From: an uncultured delta proteobacterium
GTDB lineage: Bacteria > Myxococcota_A > Polyangia > Haliangiales > Haliangiaceae
Direction of reading: 5' to 3'
DNA: 64,000 nucleotides
Assembly (NCBI GenBank): GCA_963774445.1
Contig: CAVZFC010000035.1
Span: forward strand, 197,470-261,469
Shown: one piece after another, positions 43,411 through 52,436 of the stretch
Position numbering within the stretch: position 1 is the first letter of the stretch
How the letters are laid out: every line of letters starts with the position of its first letter
Notes under the pieces: generated by a model
Told to the model about the DNA's origin: nothing
Databases searched by the model: none
Seen by the model: the letters and a program-made list of their open reading frames with translations, nothing else
Position numbers and translations under genes: made by a program

Positions 43411-44097
43411 TCAGTCGGCGCGGGTCACCAGCGTGAGCAGGCTGCCCTCCTGGTGCTTCCACGTTGGGGTCTCTCCGGACGCCAGCGGCGCGCGCAGTCG
43501 CGCTTGCTCGACCACGCGCAGGCCGGCTGCTTCCATCGCGGCGCGCCACTCCGCCTCGGTGAGCAGCTGGAGCGGCAGGTTCATCTCCGCGGGCCAGCTG
43601 TGGCTGGCCTCGTTCTCGCCGTAAAAGTCGACCACGCAGGCGAACCGCCCGCCGGGGCGCAGGAGCGAGCGCACCGCCCGCAGCCCGGCCGCCAGATCGT
43701 CGAGGTAGTAGAAGACCTCCATCGAGAAGACCGCGTCGAACCTGTCGGCCGGCAGCGCCGCCGACGGAAACGCGTCGCACACGAAGTTGACCCCGTCGAT
43801 CGATTCGGCCGCGGTTCGCGCCCGGGCGATCATCTCGGCCGAGACGTCCAGCCCGGTCGCGCGCGCGCCGGCCGCCGCCGCCCACCTGACCGTGTAGCCG
43901 TTGCCGCAGCCGATGTCGAGGTAGCGCGTGCCGTCGCCGACCTCGAGCCGGTCGAAGCCCTGGCGGGCGGTGGGACCGTGCCCCCGCTCCATCCCCTCGG
44001 CGCGCCCGCGGCGGGCCCAGTCGTCGAACACATCACGAACGCGGGTCGTCTGCTCGGACATGGCTGCTTCATACGCCGGCAGCGGTGCTCGGGGCAA
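43411..44097 (-). CDS. class I SAM-dependent methyltransferase
   Basis: Motif I YLDIGCGNGYTVRWAA and LLRPGGRFACVVDF. Lies 13 bp downstream of the M48 peptidase gene. Confidence 0.8.
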   Translation of the reverse strand: MPRAPLPAYEAAMSEQTTRVRDVFDDWARRGRAEGMERGHGPTARQGFDRLEVGDGTRYLDIGCGNGYTVRWAAAAGARATGLDVSAEMIARARTAAESIDGVNFVCDAFPSAALPADRFDAVFSMEVFYYLDDLAAGLRAVRSLLRPGGRFACVVDFYGENEASHSWPAEMNLPLQLLTEAEWRAAMEAAGLRVVEQARLRAPLASGETPTWKHQEGSLLTLVTRAD

Positions 44098-44109
44098 CCC
44101 CGCCGTGAC

Positions 44110-46122
44110 TCACTCGCCGCCCGCGATGTACACGCCGTAGCGGTTCATCACGTTGTCGCGGATGCGGCCGGTCATGTGCTGCTCCAGCCCCTCGCGGTTG
44201 ACCATCAGCGACCACGCGTCGCGCTCGGCTTCGCCCGGCGCGAGCTTCGGCTCCGCGGCGCCGATGGCGTGGGCCCAGCGGAAGCGGTCGATCGGTCGCG
44301 GGTGGGTATCGTAGCCGCGCGGCTCGCGGTTGATCGCGGCCTCGACTTCGCGCGCGACCTCCTGCTCGTCGGGCGTCTCGCCCGGCTCGTAGGTGTAGAG
44401 GTTGCGCAGTGACGCGCTGGTGCTGGTCACCTCGGCCAGCGTCTTGTTGACGTGGTGATCGAAGCGCACGCTCCGTTCGATCACGTGGCGCAGGCCGGTC
44501 TCGAAGTGGTTGGCGCCGTAGCCGATCACCGCCCAGCGATCCGCCAGGATCTCCTGCAGCCGGGTGGCGCCGCCCGAGATCCGCTGGAACACGGCGTTGA
44601 AGGCGCGGAAGAACAACCAGGCCGGGTTGTACCAGGCAGCCGCGCCGCTTTCGGCCAGGCGGATGGCCATGGTCATCATCGATCGCCGGACCGCCAGCGC
44701 GAAGCCGCCGCCGGCGGTGTCGCGGTTGGTGAAGTGGCCGTACTCGTGGGCCAAAATCGCCTTGAACGCGGGCAGCGGCATGCCGTCGAGCGCGGCCGCG
44801 CCGAGCACGAGGCAGCGCTCCGAGGTGTGGCGCAGCTGCCGTCCCACGCTGCCGCGTTCGAGCACGGCGACCTCGACTCCGGGCGTCATGTAGACGTTGT
44901 CCACCGGGCGCGTGCCGATCTTCTGCGCGACCTCCCGCAGCACCGCAGCCAGCTCCGGGTGGTGCTCGAGCTCGAGCCGTGTGCCCGGTGCCTGGTCCTT
45001 GCCGCGCACGAACATCGACTTGACGATCGCGCCGACCGTGACGACGGTGACGATGCCGATCAGGATGACCAGCTTGATCGGGATGTAGCCGGCCTCGAAG
45101 AAGGCGAAGATAGTCCCGCCGCCGGCCAGGATGACCAGGCCGAGGACGAACGGCATCGACAGGTAGTAGGCGATGCAGCTCAGGTGCAGCACGCCCGAGT
45201 AGACCCGGCGCAGCGACGCGCTGGCGGCCTGGATCGGCGCGTCGGCGCTGGCGCCGCCGGTGGCGTTGGCGGCGCGGAAGGTCCGCCGACTGAGCAGCCC
45301 GCCGGCGATCGCGATCAGCAGCATCACGCCCAGCCACACTCCGACGATGAGCCCGGCGATGCCGAGGATCGTCGGCCACAGCGGCTCGTGCTCGGAGATG
45401 ATGTCGTCGATGTGACCGTAGGTCTCGTCGTCCAGTCCCAGGGCGTGCGCCCGCTCGGCGTAGTCCCTCGCGGCGCTCCACCGTCCGGCCGCGGCGGCGG
45501 CCGCCGCGGAGAAGACGTAGCCGGCAGGCTGGTCCGGCTCGAGCTGGCGCAGCCGCTCGCCGCAGTGACTCAGGACACCCATCGCGTTCTGCTGGTTGGC
45601 GAGCTGGCAGTGGACCCCCCAGGCCAGGGCGTTGTCGGGATCGGCAGTGAGGGCGTTCGTGGCCAGCTCGTCGGCGCGGACGCGATCGGCCGACGTTGGC
45701 TGACTGTCACCGGGGATCATCAGCACCAGGGCGGTGGTCGCAGCGTTCTCGGGAGTATGGTCTGCGGCAAGCGCGGCGTTGCACAGCTCGAGGGCGGCGT
45801 TTCGGTGACCGAGCGAGCTCTCGATCTCGCACAGGCGTCGCTGTGCGTGGGTGAACCCGGGAACCTTGTCGAGAAGGGCCCGGTATCCGGCGGCGGCCGG
45901 CTCGAGATTTCGCGCCCGGCGCGCCGCTTCGGCCTTGCGCAAAAGTGGCAGCGCGTCGGGTGCGATGCCCGACAGCTCGGCTTCGACGCGGGCCTCGAAG
46001 TCGTCGCGGCGCTGCTTTCGCGCGGCGACGGCGCCGTCGACCTGGCCCGCATGGGCGGTCGCGGGCAGCGCGAGGAGGAACAGAATGAGCAGACAGGAGG
46101 GGCGGAGGCGATTGGAGCTCAT
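44110..46122 (-). CDS. M48-family zinc metallopeptidase with an N-terminal signal peptide plus TPR-like repeats and TM segments
   Basis: HExxH within AILAHEYGHFTNRD and a downstream E. Signal MSSNRLRPSCLLILFLLALPATAHA, with an AAGGAG-like RBS context. The N-terminal ~160 codons of the track ORF are rejected. Confidence 0.8.
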   Translation of the reverse strand: MSSNRLRPSCLLILFLLALPATAHAGQVDGAVAARKQRRDDFEARVEAELSGIAPDALPLLRKAEAARRARNLEPAAAGYRALLDKVPGFTHAQRRLCEIESSLGHRNAALELCNAALAADHTPENAATTALVLMIPGDSQPTSADRVRADELATNALTADPDNALAWGVHCQLANQQNAMGVLSHCGERLRQLEPDQPAGYVFSAAAAAAAGRWSAARDYAERAHALGLDDETYGHIDDIISEHEPLWPTILGIAGLIVGVWLGVMLLIAIAGGLLSRRTFRAANATGGASADAPIQAASASLRRVYSGVLHLSCIAYYLSMPFVLGLVILAGGGTIFAFFEAGYIPIKLVILIGIVTVVTVGAIVKSMFVRGKDQAPGTRLELEHHPELAAVLREVAQKIGTRPVDNVYMTPGVEVAVLERGSVGRQLRHTSERCLVLGAAALDGMPLPAFKAILAHEYGHFTNRDTAGGGFALAVRRSMMTMAIRLAESGAAAWYNPAWLFFRAFNAVFQRISGGATRLQEILADRWAVIGYGANHFETGLRHVIERSVRFDHHVNKTLAEVTSTSASLRNLYTYEPGETPDEQEVAREVEAAINREPRGYDTHPRPIDRFRWAHAIGAAEPKLAPGEAERDAWSLMVNREGLEQHMTGRIRDNVMNRYGVYIAGGE

Positions 46123-46208
46123 GACACACTTATCGGGATACGGCGTTCCGCGGTTGCCCCTGGCGCGGAAAGCCCGGTAATTGCAGGGGCGCGAGCGGCG
46201 AGCCATCC

Positions 46209-46409
46209 TCACCGCCCGCGACCGTGAGCATACTTCTTCGCCGGCGTGTGCAGGGCGAACCGGGCGCCCTGCGGATCGGTGGCCACGCCGAAGCGGCCGA
46301 CCTCCGGGATCTCCTGCGGCGGCACGATCATCGTGCCGCCGAGCTCGGTGACCCGCTTGGCGGCGGCGTCGGCATCGGCCACGCCCAGGTAGCCCATCCC
46401 CGGATGCAT
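46209..46409 (-). CDS. glyoxalase/VOC-family fragment (66 aa)
   Basis: MHPGMGYLGVADADAAAKRVTELGGTMIVPPQEIPEVGRFGVATDPQGARFALH resembles the C-terminal half-module of VOC proteins; likely a remnant. Confidence 0.3.
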   Translation of the reverse strand: MHPGMGYLGVADADAAAKRVTELGGTMIVPPQEIPEVGRFGVATDPQGARFALHTPAKKYAHGRGR

Positions 46410-46474
46410 CGGTCGAGCGAGCCCGACGGCGGCGTGTCTGACGACCGTTCCTGGCGGGCGCTACCCGGGCTACC

Positions 46475-48416
46475 ATGTCGGGGATGTTCCTGGTGCTCGC
46501 CTCGCTGGTCGTCTCCAACGGCGTCTCCGTGGCCCACTGCGACGGCAGCGGTCGGGTCGACTCGCTGCGCGCGCATCTGTACGCGGCGCGCGACGCCGGG
46601 ACGCCCACGGTCGAACGGATGGGCGCGCTCTACTTCGGCGTGCGCTCGGGCGGCACCAACGCCTGGCTCGACGGCGACGCCCCCGACGCGTCGGGCTACC
46701 TGGGAGACGGCGGCGTCGCGACCATGACGTGGGAGCGCGACGGCCTCCGCGTCACCGAATATCTGTTCGCGTCGTTCGCGACCGAGGCGCCGCACCTGGT
46801 CGCGCTGCTCGAGGTGACCAACACCGGCAGCGCGGCGCTGGCCGACGCGGCGATCTTCTCGCTCGAGCAGACCGTCGCCGGCGGCGACGAGAGCGCGACC
46901 TGGACCGGCGGCGCGTTCGAGGAGCGCGGCGACGTGCTGCTGCTCCACCGCCCGCTGGGCGCGCTGGCTCATCACGCGATCGATCCGCGGGCGCAGGTCG
47001 ACGCGGGCGGTCACCTGGCCGATGCCGACACGACGGGGCCGATGCCGTCCCTGGCGGTCGGCTTCGAGTGGGCGCTCGACGGACTGGTGCCCGGAGCATC
47101 GCGCACGGTCGGCGTGATCGTTGGCGTGCGCGACGACGGCGATCGCGCCGCGCTGGACGCCGGTCTCGCCGCCGTGGCGTCGGACCCCGCGCAGGCGCTG
47201 GCCGACGCGCGCGCCGACTGGGACGACTTCTTCGCCCGCGCGGCCGAGCCGCCGGGGCTCGACGGCGACGAGCGCGCGGTCTACCGCCGCTCGCTGGCGC
47301 TCCTGCGCATGGCCCAGGTGCGCGAGGCGGGCGCGCCTGCCGGGCAGATCGTCGCCGCGCTCTATCCGCTGGCCGCCGGGCGGGCGTGGGTGCGCGACGA
47401 GGCCTATGCCGCGCGGGCGCTGGTGCGCGCCGGGCTGCTCGACGAGGCGCGGGCGGCGCTGGCGTTCGTGCTGGCGGCCGGCGCCGGTACCTACCAGAGC
47501 GAGATCGGCGAGCCGTACGCCGTCAGCGTGCTGCGCCAGCGCGGTGACGGCAGCGAGGAGAGCGACGACACCGGCGCCGGGCCGCTGGTCGGCATCGACG
47601 GCTTCGGCCTGGTGCTCGGCGCGGTCAACGAGTACGTCCAGGCCAGCGGCGACACCGCGTTCGCCAGCGACCGAGCCGAGGCGCTGTTCGACCTGACGGC
47701 CACGGTGCTGACCCACCGCATCGACGTCAACGACACGCTGCTGGTCCGCCCCGACAACTCGGTGTGGAACGGCGACCGGCGCAAGTACACCTTCAGTCAG
47801 GCGGCCACGGTGTGGGGCCTGCGCGCGGCGGTGCGGCTGGCCTCCGGCGATGCGCGCGCCGACTCGTACCGCGGGGCCGCAGAATCTGTTTGCCGGCGCC
47901 ATCGCCCAGCGCCTGGTCAACGGCGGCGTGCTGACCGGCGCGCTCGAGCGCGCCGCCGGGCGGCTCGACAGCGCCGCGACGCAGGCGTTCCTCTGGGAGG
48001 TGTTGCCGCCCGACGGCGACGTCGCCCGCGCCACCCTCGACGCTGTCAACCAGGCGCTGCGGCTGCCCGACGGCAGCTACCGGCGCAACGACGAGGCGCC
48101 CGCCGAGGCGTCGCCGACCGCGGCGCTGTGGCTGGCGATGGCCAACGCTCGCGCGGGCAACGACGACCGGGCGGCCGAGATCTTGGCCGGCGTCACTGCC
48201 CGGGCCCGGACGCGCGCCGACCTCGTCGCCGGCGCCGACGGGGAGCCGGTGATCGGCCTGGGCGCCGGGTTGTTCGTCCTGGCCGCCTGGGATCGGCCGG
48301 CGGCCGCGGGCGGCGGCGGGTGTGGATGCGGCAGCGGCGGCCCCGGCGGCGGTGCGCTCCTCTTGCTCGCCGTGGCCGCCGGCCTGCGCCGTCAGCGCCG
48401 CGCGGTCGGGCCGTGA
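46475..48416 (+). CDS. GH15-like six-hairpin glycosidase (glucoamylase/glucodextranase-like) with a MYXO-CTERM tail; split across two frames near 47850-47890
   Basis: The N-terminal ~470 aa are in track ORF 46475..48493 and the C-terminal part is in ORF 47850..48416 (different frame). The tail GGGGCGCGSGGPGGGALLLLAVAAGLRRQRR is a MYXO-CTERM. Confidence 0.6.
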
Positions 48417-48464
48417 AGCATTATTTGGAAGATCGTCGTTCTCTTTGTTCCTCAGGAGCCACGC

Positions 48465-49551
48465 ATGTCCCCGACCGATCACCTCCCCGCTGATACCACC
48501 GTGCTGGTCACCGGAGCCTCCGGCTTCATGGCCGAGCACACCATCCTCCGCCTGCTCGAGGCCGGCTACCGGGTGCGCGGCACCCTGCGCTCGCTGGCCA
48601 AGGCCGATCGTGTGCGCGCCGTGCTCGCCGCCAACTCCGGCGCCGTCGATCGGGTTGAGCTCGTCGCCGCCGATCTGACCAGCGACGACGGCTGGCGCGA
48701 CGCCGTGCGCGGCTGCCGCTTCGTCTTGCACGTCGCCTCGCCCCTGCCCAGCAAACCGCCGAAAGACGAGAACGAGCTGATTGTCCCCGCGCGTGACGGC
48801 GCCCTGCGCGTGCTCGCCGCGGCCGTGGCCGAGAAGGTCGACCGCGTGGTGATGACCTCGTCGGTGGCTGCGGTGTTGTACGGTCACGCGCGCGACGGCA
48901 GCAAGACCTACGACGAGAACGACTGGTCGGAGCTGACCCGCGAGGTCGGCGCCTACGAGAAGAGCAAGACCATCGCCGAGCGCGCCGCGTGGGACTACAT
49001 GGACAGCCTGCCCGAGGAGCAGCGCGTCGAGTTGTGCACCGTCAACCCGGGCCTGGTGCTCGGCCCGGTGCTGTCGCCCGACTTCAGCACCTCGGGCGAG
49101 GTGGTGCGCAAGCTCCTGGCCCGCGAGATGCCCGGCTGCCCCGACATCGGCTGGGCCGTGGTCGAACGTGCGCGACGTCGCCGACGCCCAGCTGGCGGCG
49201 ATGATCACGCCGGAGGCGGCGGGCAAGCGCTTCGTCCTGGCGATCGAGCACGCCTCGATGCTCGACATCGCGACCATCCTGCGCGACAAATTCGCCGACC
49301 GCGGCTTCAAGGTACCGACGCGCAAGGTGCCCGGCTGGCTGCTCAAGTTGGTGTCGGTCTGGGACAAGACCGCCAAGCTGGCGGTGCCGGAGCTGGGCAA
49401 GCGCCAAGATGTGTCGCACCAGCGCGCCACCGAGCTCCTCGGCTGGCACCCCCGCCCGCTCGACGAGATGGTCACGTCGATGGGCGAGAGCATGATCCAG
49501 CACGGTGTGGTGCGCGGCAAGGGTCAGCGCAGCGTGACCGCGACCTCGTAG
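48465..49551 (+). CDS. NAD(P)-dependent SDR-family reductase/epimerase (cinnamoyl-CoA reductase / DFR-like); split across two frames near 49160
   Basis: VLVTGASGFMAEHTILRLL Rossmann motif and YEKSK active site in ORF 48465. The C-terminal part (RDVADAQLAAM…) is in ORF 49168..49551. Restoring one base regenerates the family motif GWAVVDVRDVA. Confidence 0.7.
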
Positions 49552-49940
49552 GTCGTCCCGTCGCCGCGGTCCAGGTGCAGCAGCGTGGCTCGCTGGCCGA
49601 CCGGCGCGCTGGTGGTGCCGCGAAAGCTCAGCTGGTCGGAACCGCCGGTCTGGTGCCGGTCGAGCTCGACGGTCAGCGACGGGGCGCGCTTGTCGTGCTT
49701 GCCGCTGTCCCGCCACAGCTTGACGTGGTACTCGGCGCCGCCGAGATGGGTTGACAGCTGCGCCGGGCTCTGGTCGTCGATCATCGCCAACGTGAAGCTG
49801 AGCGACTTGCTGCCGCTCTTTCCGGTCTCGACCAGCTCGACGCGGGCGTTGGTCGGAGCCTTGTCGGCGAGGGCCGGTGCCGCCGCGGCGCCGAGGGTGA
49901 GGAAGACGAGCGATACGGGAAGCCAGGTTCGATGAGTCAT
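49524..49940 (-). CDS. small secreted hypothetical protein
   Basis: Signal peptide MTHRTWLPVSLVFLTLGAAAAPALA followed by a beta-rich domain. Confidence 0.5.
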   Translation of the reverse strand: MTHRTWLPVSLVFLTLGAAAAPALADKAPTNARVELVETGKSGSKSLSFTLAMIDDQSPAQLSTHLGGAEYHVKLWRDSGKHDKRAPSLTVELDRHQTGGSDQLSFRGTTSAPVGQRATLLHLDRGDGTTYEVAVTLR

Positions 49941-50083
49941 CAGGGGTGTCCTTTCGCGGGGCCTCTCCAGCAAGCGCCGGGCCAGCGTGAAACTGCGCGA
50001 AACCGCGTCGGCTGCCGGTGGGGCGCGTGTCAACTTGGCGAGTCGGCCGCCCGCGCCGCGCCTGTGCGGCATAGACTCGCGTC

Positions 50084-51673
50084 ATGGAGGCGCGCGGCGC
50101 GCCAGATGAGCAGTCGCCGGATTTTCGGCCGCGGCTGCGACGCTGGTTGGAGTGGGCCGATGCGCGCGTCGGTCGGCCGGCGCACGGTTACTGGCTGACG
50201 CGGTTTGCGCTGCTGCGCGCGCTCGGCTTCATCTACTTCGTCGCCTTCCTGTCGGCGACCCAGCAGCTGGTGCCGCTGATCGGCGCCCACGGCATCACCC
50301 CGGCCGGCGACTACCTGGCCAGGCTGTCGGCCGACGGATACGGCTCGGGCGATGTGCCGACGCTGTTCTGGATCACCTCGTCGGACACGGCGCTGCTGGT
50401 GGTCGCGTGGCTGGGCGCAGCGCTGTCGCTGGCGGTCTTGTGCGGCGTGACCAACGCGCCGGTCATGGCGGCGCTGTGGATCCTCTACAGTTCGATCGTC
50501 AACGTCGGCCAGGTCTGGTACGGCTACGGCTGGGAGCTGATGCTGCTGGAGGCCGGCTTCCTGGCGATCTTCCTCTGTCCGCTGCGCGGCCTCCACCCGC
50601 TGGCGCCGCGGATGCCGCCGTCGCGGGTGGTGATCTGGCTCTACCGCTGGATGCTGTTCCGGGTGATGTTCGGCGCCGGTTTGATCAAGCTGCGCGGCGA
50701 CGACTGCTGGCGCCAGCTCACCTGTCTCGACTACCACTACGAGACCCAGCCGATCCCCAGCCCGCTGAGCTGGTACTGGCACCACCTGCCCGACTGGGTG
50801 CACCGGGTCGAGGTCGCCGGCAACCACGTGCTCGAGCTGATCGTGCCGTGGCTGATCTTCGGGCCGCGGCGCGTGCGCCACGTGGCCGCGCTGATCCTCA
50901 TCGGCTTTCAGGTGATGTTGATCCTCAGCGGCAACCTGTCGTTCCTCAACTGGCTGACCATCGCCATCTGCCTGGCCTGTTTCGACGACGGCGCCCTCGG
51001 CCGGCTCTTTGCCCGGCGCGCGCGAGGGCTGGTCGCCAGGCTGCACCGGCGGGTGCGCCCGACCGACGCCCAGAGGCTGGTGGTCCTGGGCCTGGCCGCA
51101 GTCATCGCGGTGCTCAGCATCGAGCCCGCACTCAACCTGGTTTCCAGCAGCCAGCGGATGAACGCCGCCTACGACCGGTTCAGCATCGTCAACACCTACG
51201 GCGCCTTCGGCTCGGTGGGGGATGCGCGCTACCAGGCGGTCATCCAGGGCACCGACGACCCGTCGCCCGACGGCGCCCACTGGAAGAGCTACGTCCTGCC
51301 GTGCCAGCCGGGGCCGCTCGATCGCCGGCCGTGCATGATCTCGCCGTACCAGTTGCGTCTCGACTGGCAGCTGTGGTTCGCCGGTCCGTCAACCCCGTCG
51401 CGCAACCCGTGGCTGGTCAGCCTGGTCTATCAGCTCCTCGGCGGTGACGACGACGTGACCACGCTGTTTGCCGTCGACCCGTTCCCCGATCGGCCGCCGC
51501 GCTTCGTCCGCGTGATGCGCTACCGCTATCGCTTCACCGATCCGGGCGAGCCCGGCTGGTGGACGCGCGAGCCGGCCGGCGAGATCCTTGGCCCGGTGTC
51601 GGCGGACGACCCGGGGCTGCTCGAGTTCCTCCGGCGTCACGGGTTTCTGGTCGCGCGTCAACGTGATATGTGA
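50084..51673 (+). CDS. lipase maturation factor (LMF1/DUF1222) family polytopic membrane protein
   Basis: Near-identity to conserved LMF blocks: YWLTRFALLRALGFIYFVAFL, MAALWILYSSIVNVGQVWYGYGWELMLLEAGFLAIFLCPL, and FGAGLIKLRGDDCWRQLTCLDYHYETQPIPSPL. Confidence 0.85.
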   Translation: MEARGAPDEQSPDFRPRLRRWLEWADARVGRPAHGYWLTRFALLRALGFIYFVAFLSATQQLVPLIGAHGITPAGDYLARLSADGYGSGDVPTLFWITSSDTALLVVAWLGAALSLAVLCGVTNAPVMAALWILYSSIVNVGQVWYGYGWELMLLEAGFLAIFLCPLRGLHPLAPRMPPSRVVIWLYRWMLFRVMFGAGLIKLRGDDCWRQLTCLDYHYETQPIPSPLSWYWHHLPDWVHRVEVAGNHVLELIVPWLIFGPRRVRHVAALILIGFQVMLILSGNLSFLNWLTIAICLACFDDGALGRLFARRARGLVARLHRRVRPTDAQRLVVLGLAAVIAVLSIEPALNLVSSSQRMNAAYDRFSIVNTYGAFGSVGDARYQAVIQGTDDPSPDGAHWKSYVLPCQPGPLDRRPCMISPYQLRLDWQLWFAGPSTPSRNPWLVSLVYQLLGGDDDVTTLFAVDPFPDRPPRFVRVMRYRYRFTDPGEPGWWTREPAGEILGPVSADDPGLLEFLRRHGFLVARQRDM

Positions 51674-51695
51674 GAGGCCAGCGCGGGAGGATGTC

Positions 51696-52436
51696 GTGAT
51701 CGAAAAAGCCATCGAGATTGCCACGCCCGACGGCACCGCCGACGGGTTCCTTTTTTGCCCCGACGACCAGCCTCGCCCCGGGGTGATCCACCTGACCGAC
51801 ATCTGGGGGATCCGGCCGGCGCAAAAGGAGATGTGCCGGCACCTGGCGGCCGAGGGCTACACGGTGCTCCTGCCCAACGTCTTCTACCGGGCTGGGCGGC
51901 CGCCGCTCTTTCCCGCCGGCGCCAAGTTCGGCGAGCCGGCGACGATGAAGCGCTTCGGCGAGGTCACCCAGCCGCTCACGCCCGAGGCGGTCGAGCGCGA
52001 CGCCGGCGCCTACGTCGACTTCCTGCGGGGCCAGAAGAACGTGGCCGGCGACACCGTCGCGGCGGTCGGTCACTGCTTCACCGGCGCCGTCGCCCTGCGC
52101 ATCGCGGCGGCGCAGCCGGATAGCGTCGCGTTGGCGGTCTCGTTCCATGGCGGCCGGCTGTACACCGACGATCCGACCAGCCCGCACCTTGTGCTGCCAA
52201 AGGTGCGCGCGCGCCTCTACTTCGGCCACGCGGTCGAGGACGGCAGCATGCCGGCCGAGGCGATCGCCAAGCTCGATCAGGCGCTGGCAGAGTGGGGCGG
52301 CCGCTACGAGAGCGAGGTCTACGACGGCGCGCTCCACGGCTGGACCACGCTCGAGTCCGAGCGCTATCACCCCGAGCAGGCCGCGCGCGCGTTCGCCGTG
52401 CTCACCGGGCTGCTCAGCGAGACCTTCGGCTCATAG
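51696..52436 (+). CDS. dienelactone hydrolase-family alpha/beta hydrolase
   Basis: DLH fold with nucleophile region VGHCFTGAV, and Asp/His downstream. GTG start with a GGGAGGA RBS; 23 bp after the LMF gene. Confidence 0.8.
   Translation: MIEKAIEIATPDGTADGFLFCPDDQPRPGVIHLTDIWGIRPAQKEMCRHLAAEGYTVLLPNVFYRAGRPPLFPAGAKFGEPATMKRFGEVTQPLTPEAVERDAGAYVDFLRGQKNVAGDTVAAVGHCFTGAVALRIAAAQPDSVALAVSFHGGRLYTDDPTSPHLVLPKVRARLYFGHAVEDGSMPAEAIAKLDQALAEWGGRYESEVYDGALHGWTTLESERYHPEQAARAFAVLTGLLSETFGS

Noticed and set aside
44452-46227. 591-aa plus ORF
   Set aside because: It is antisense to the M48 peptidase gene with a low-complexity translation.
46328-48049. 573-aa minus ORF
   Set aside because: It is antisense to the GH15-like gene.
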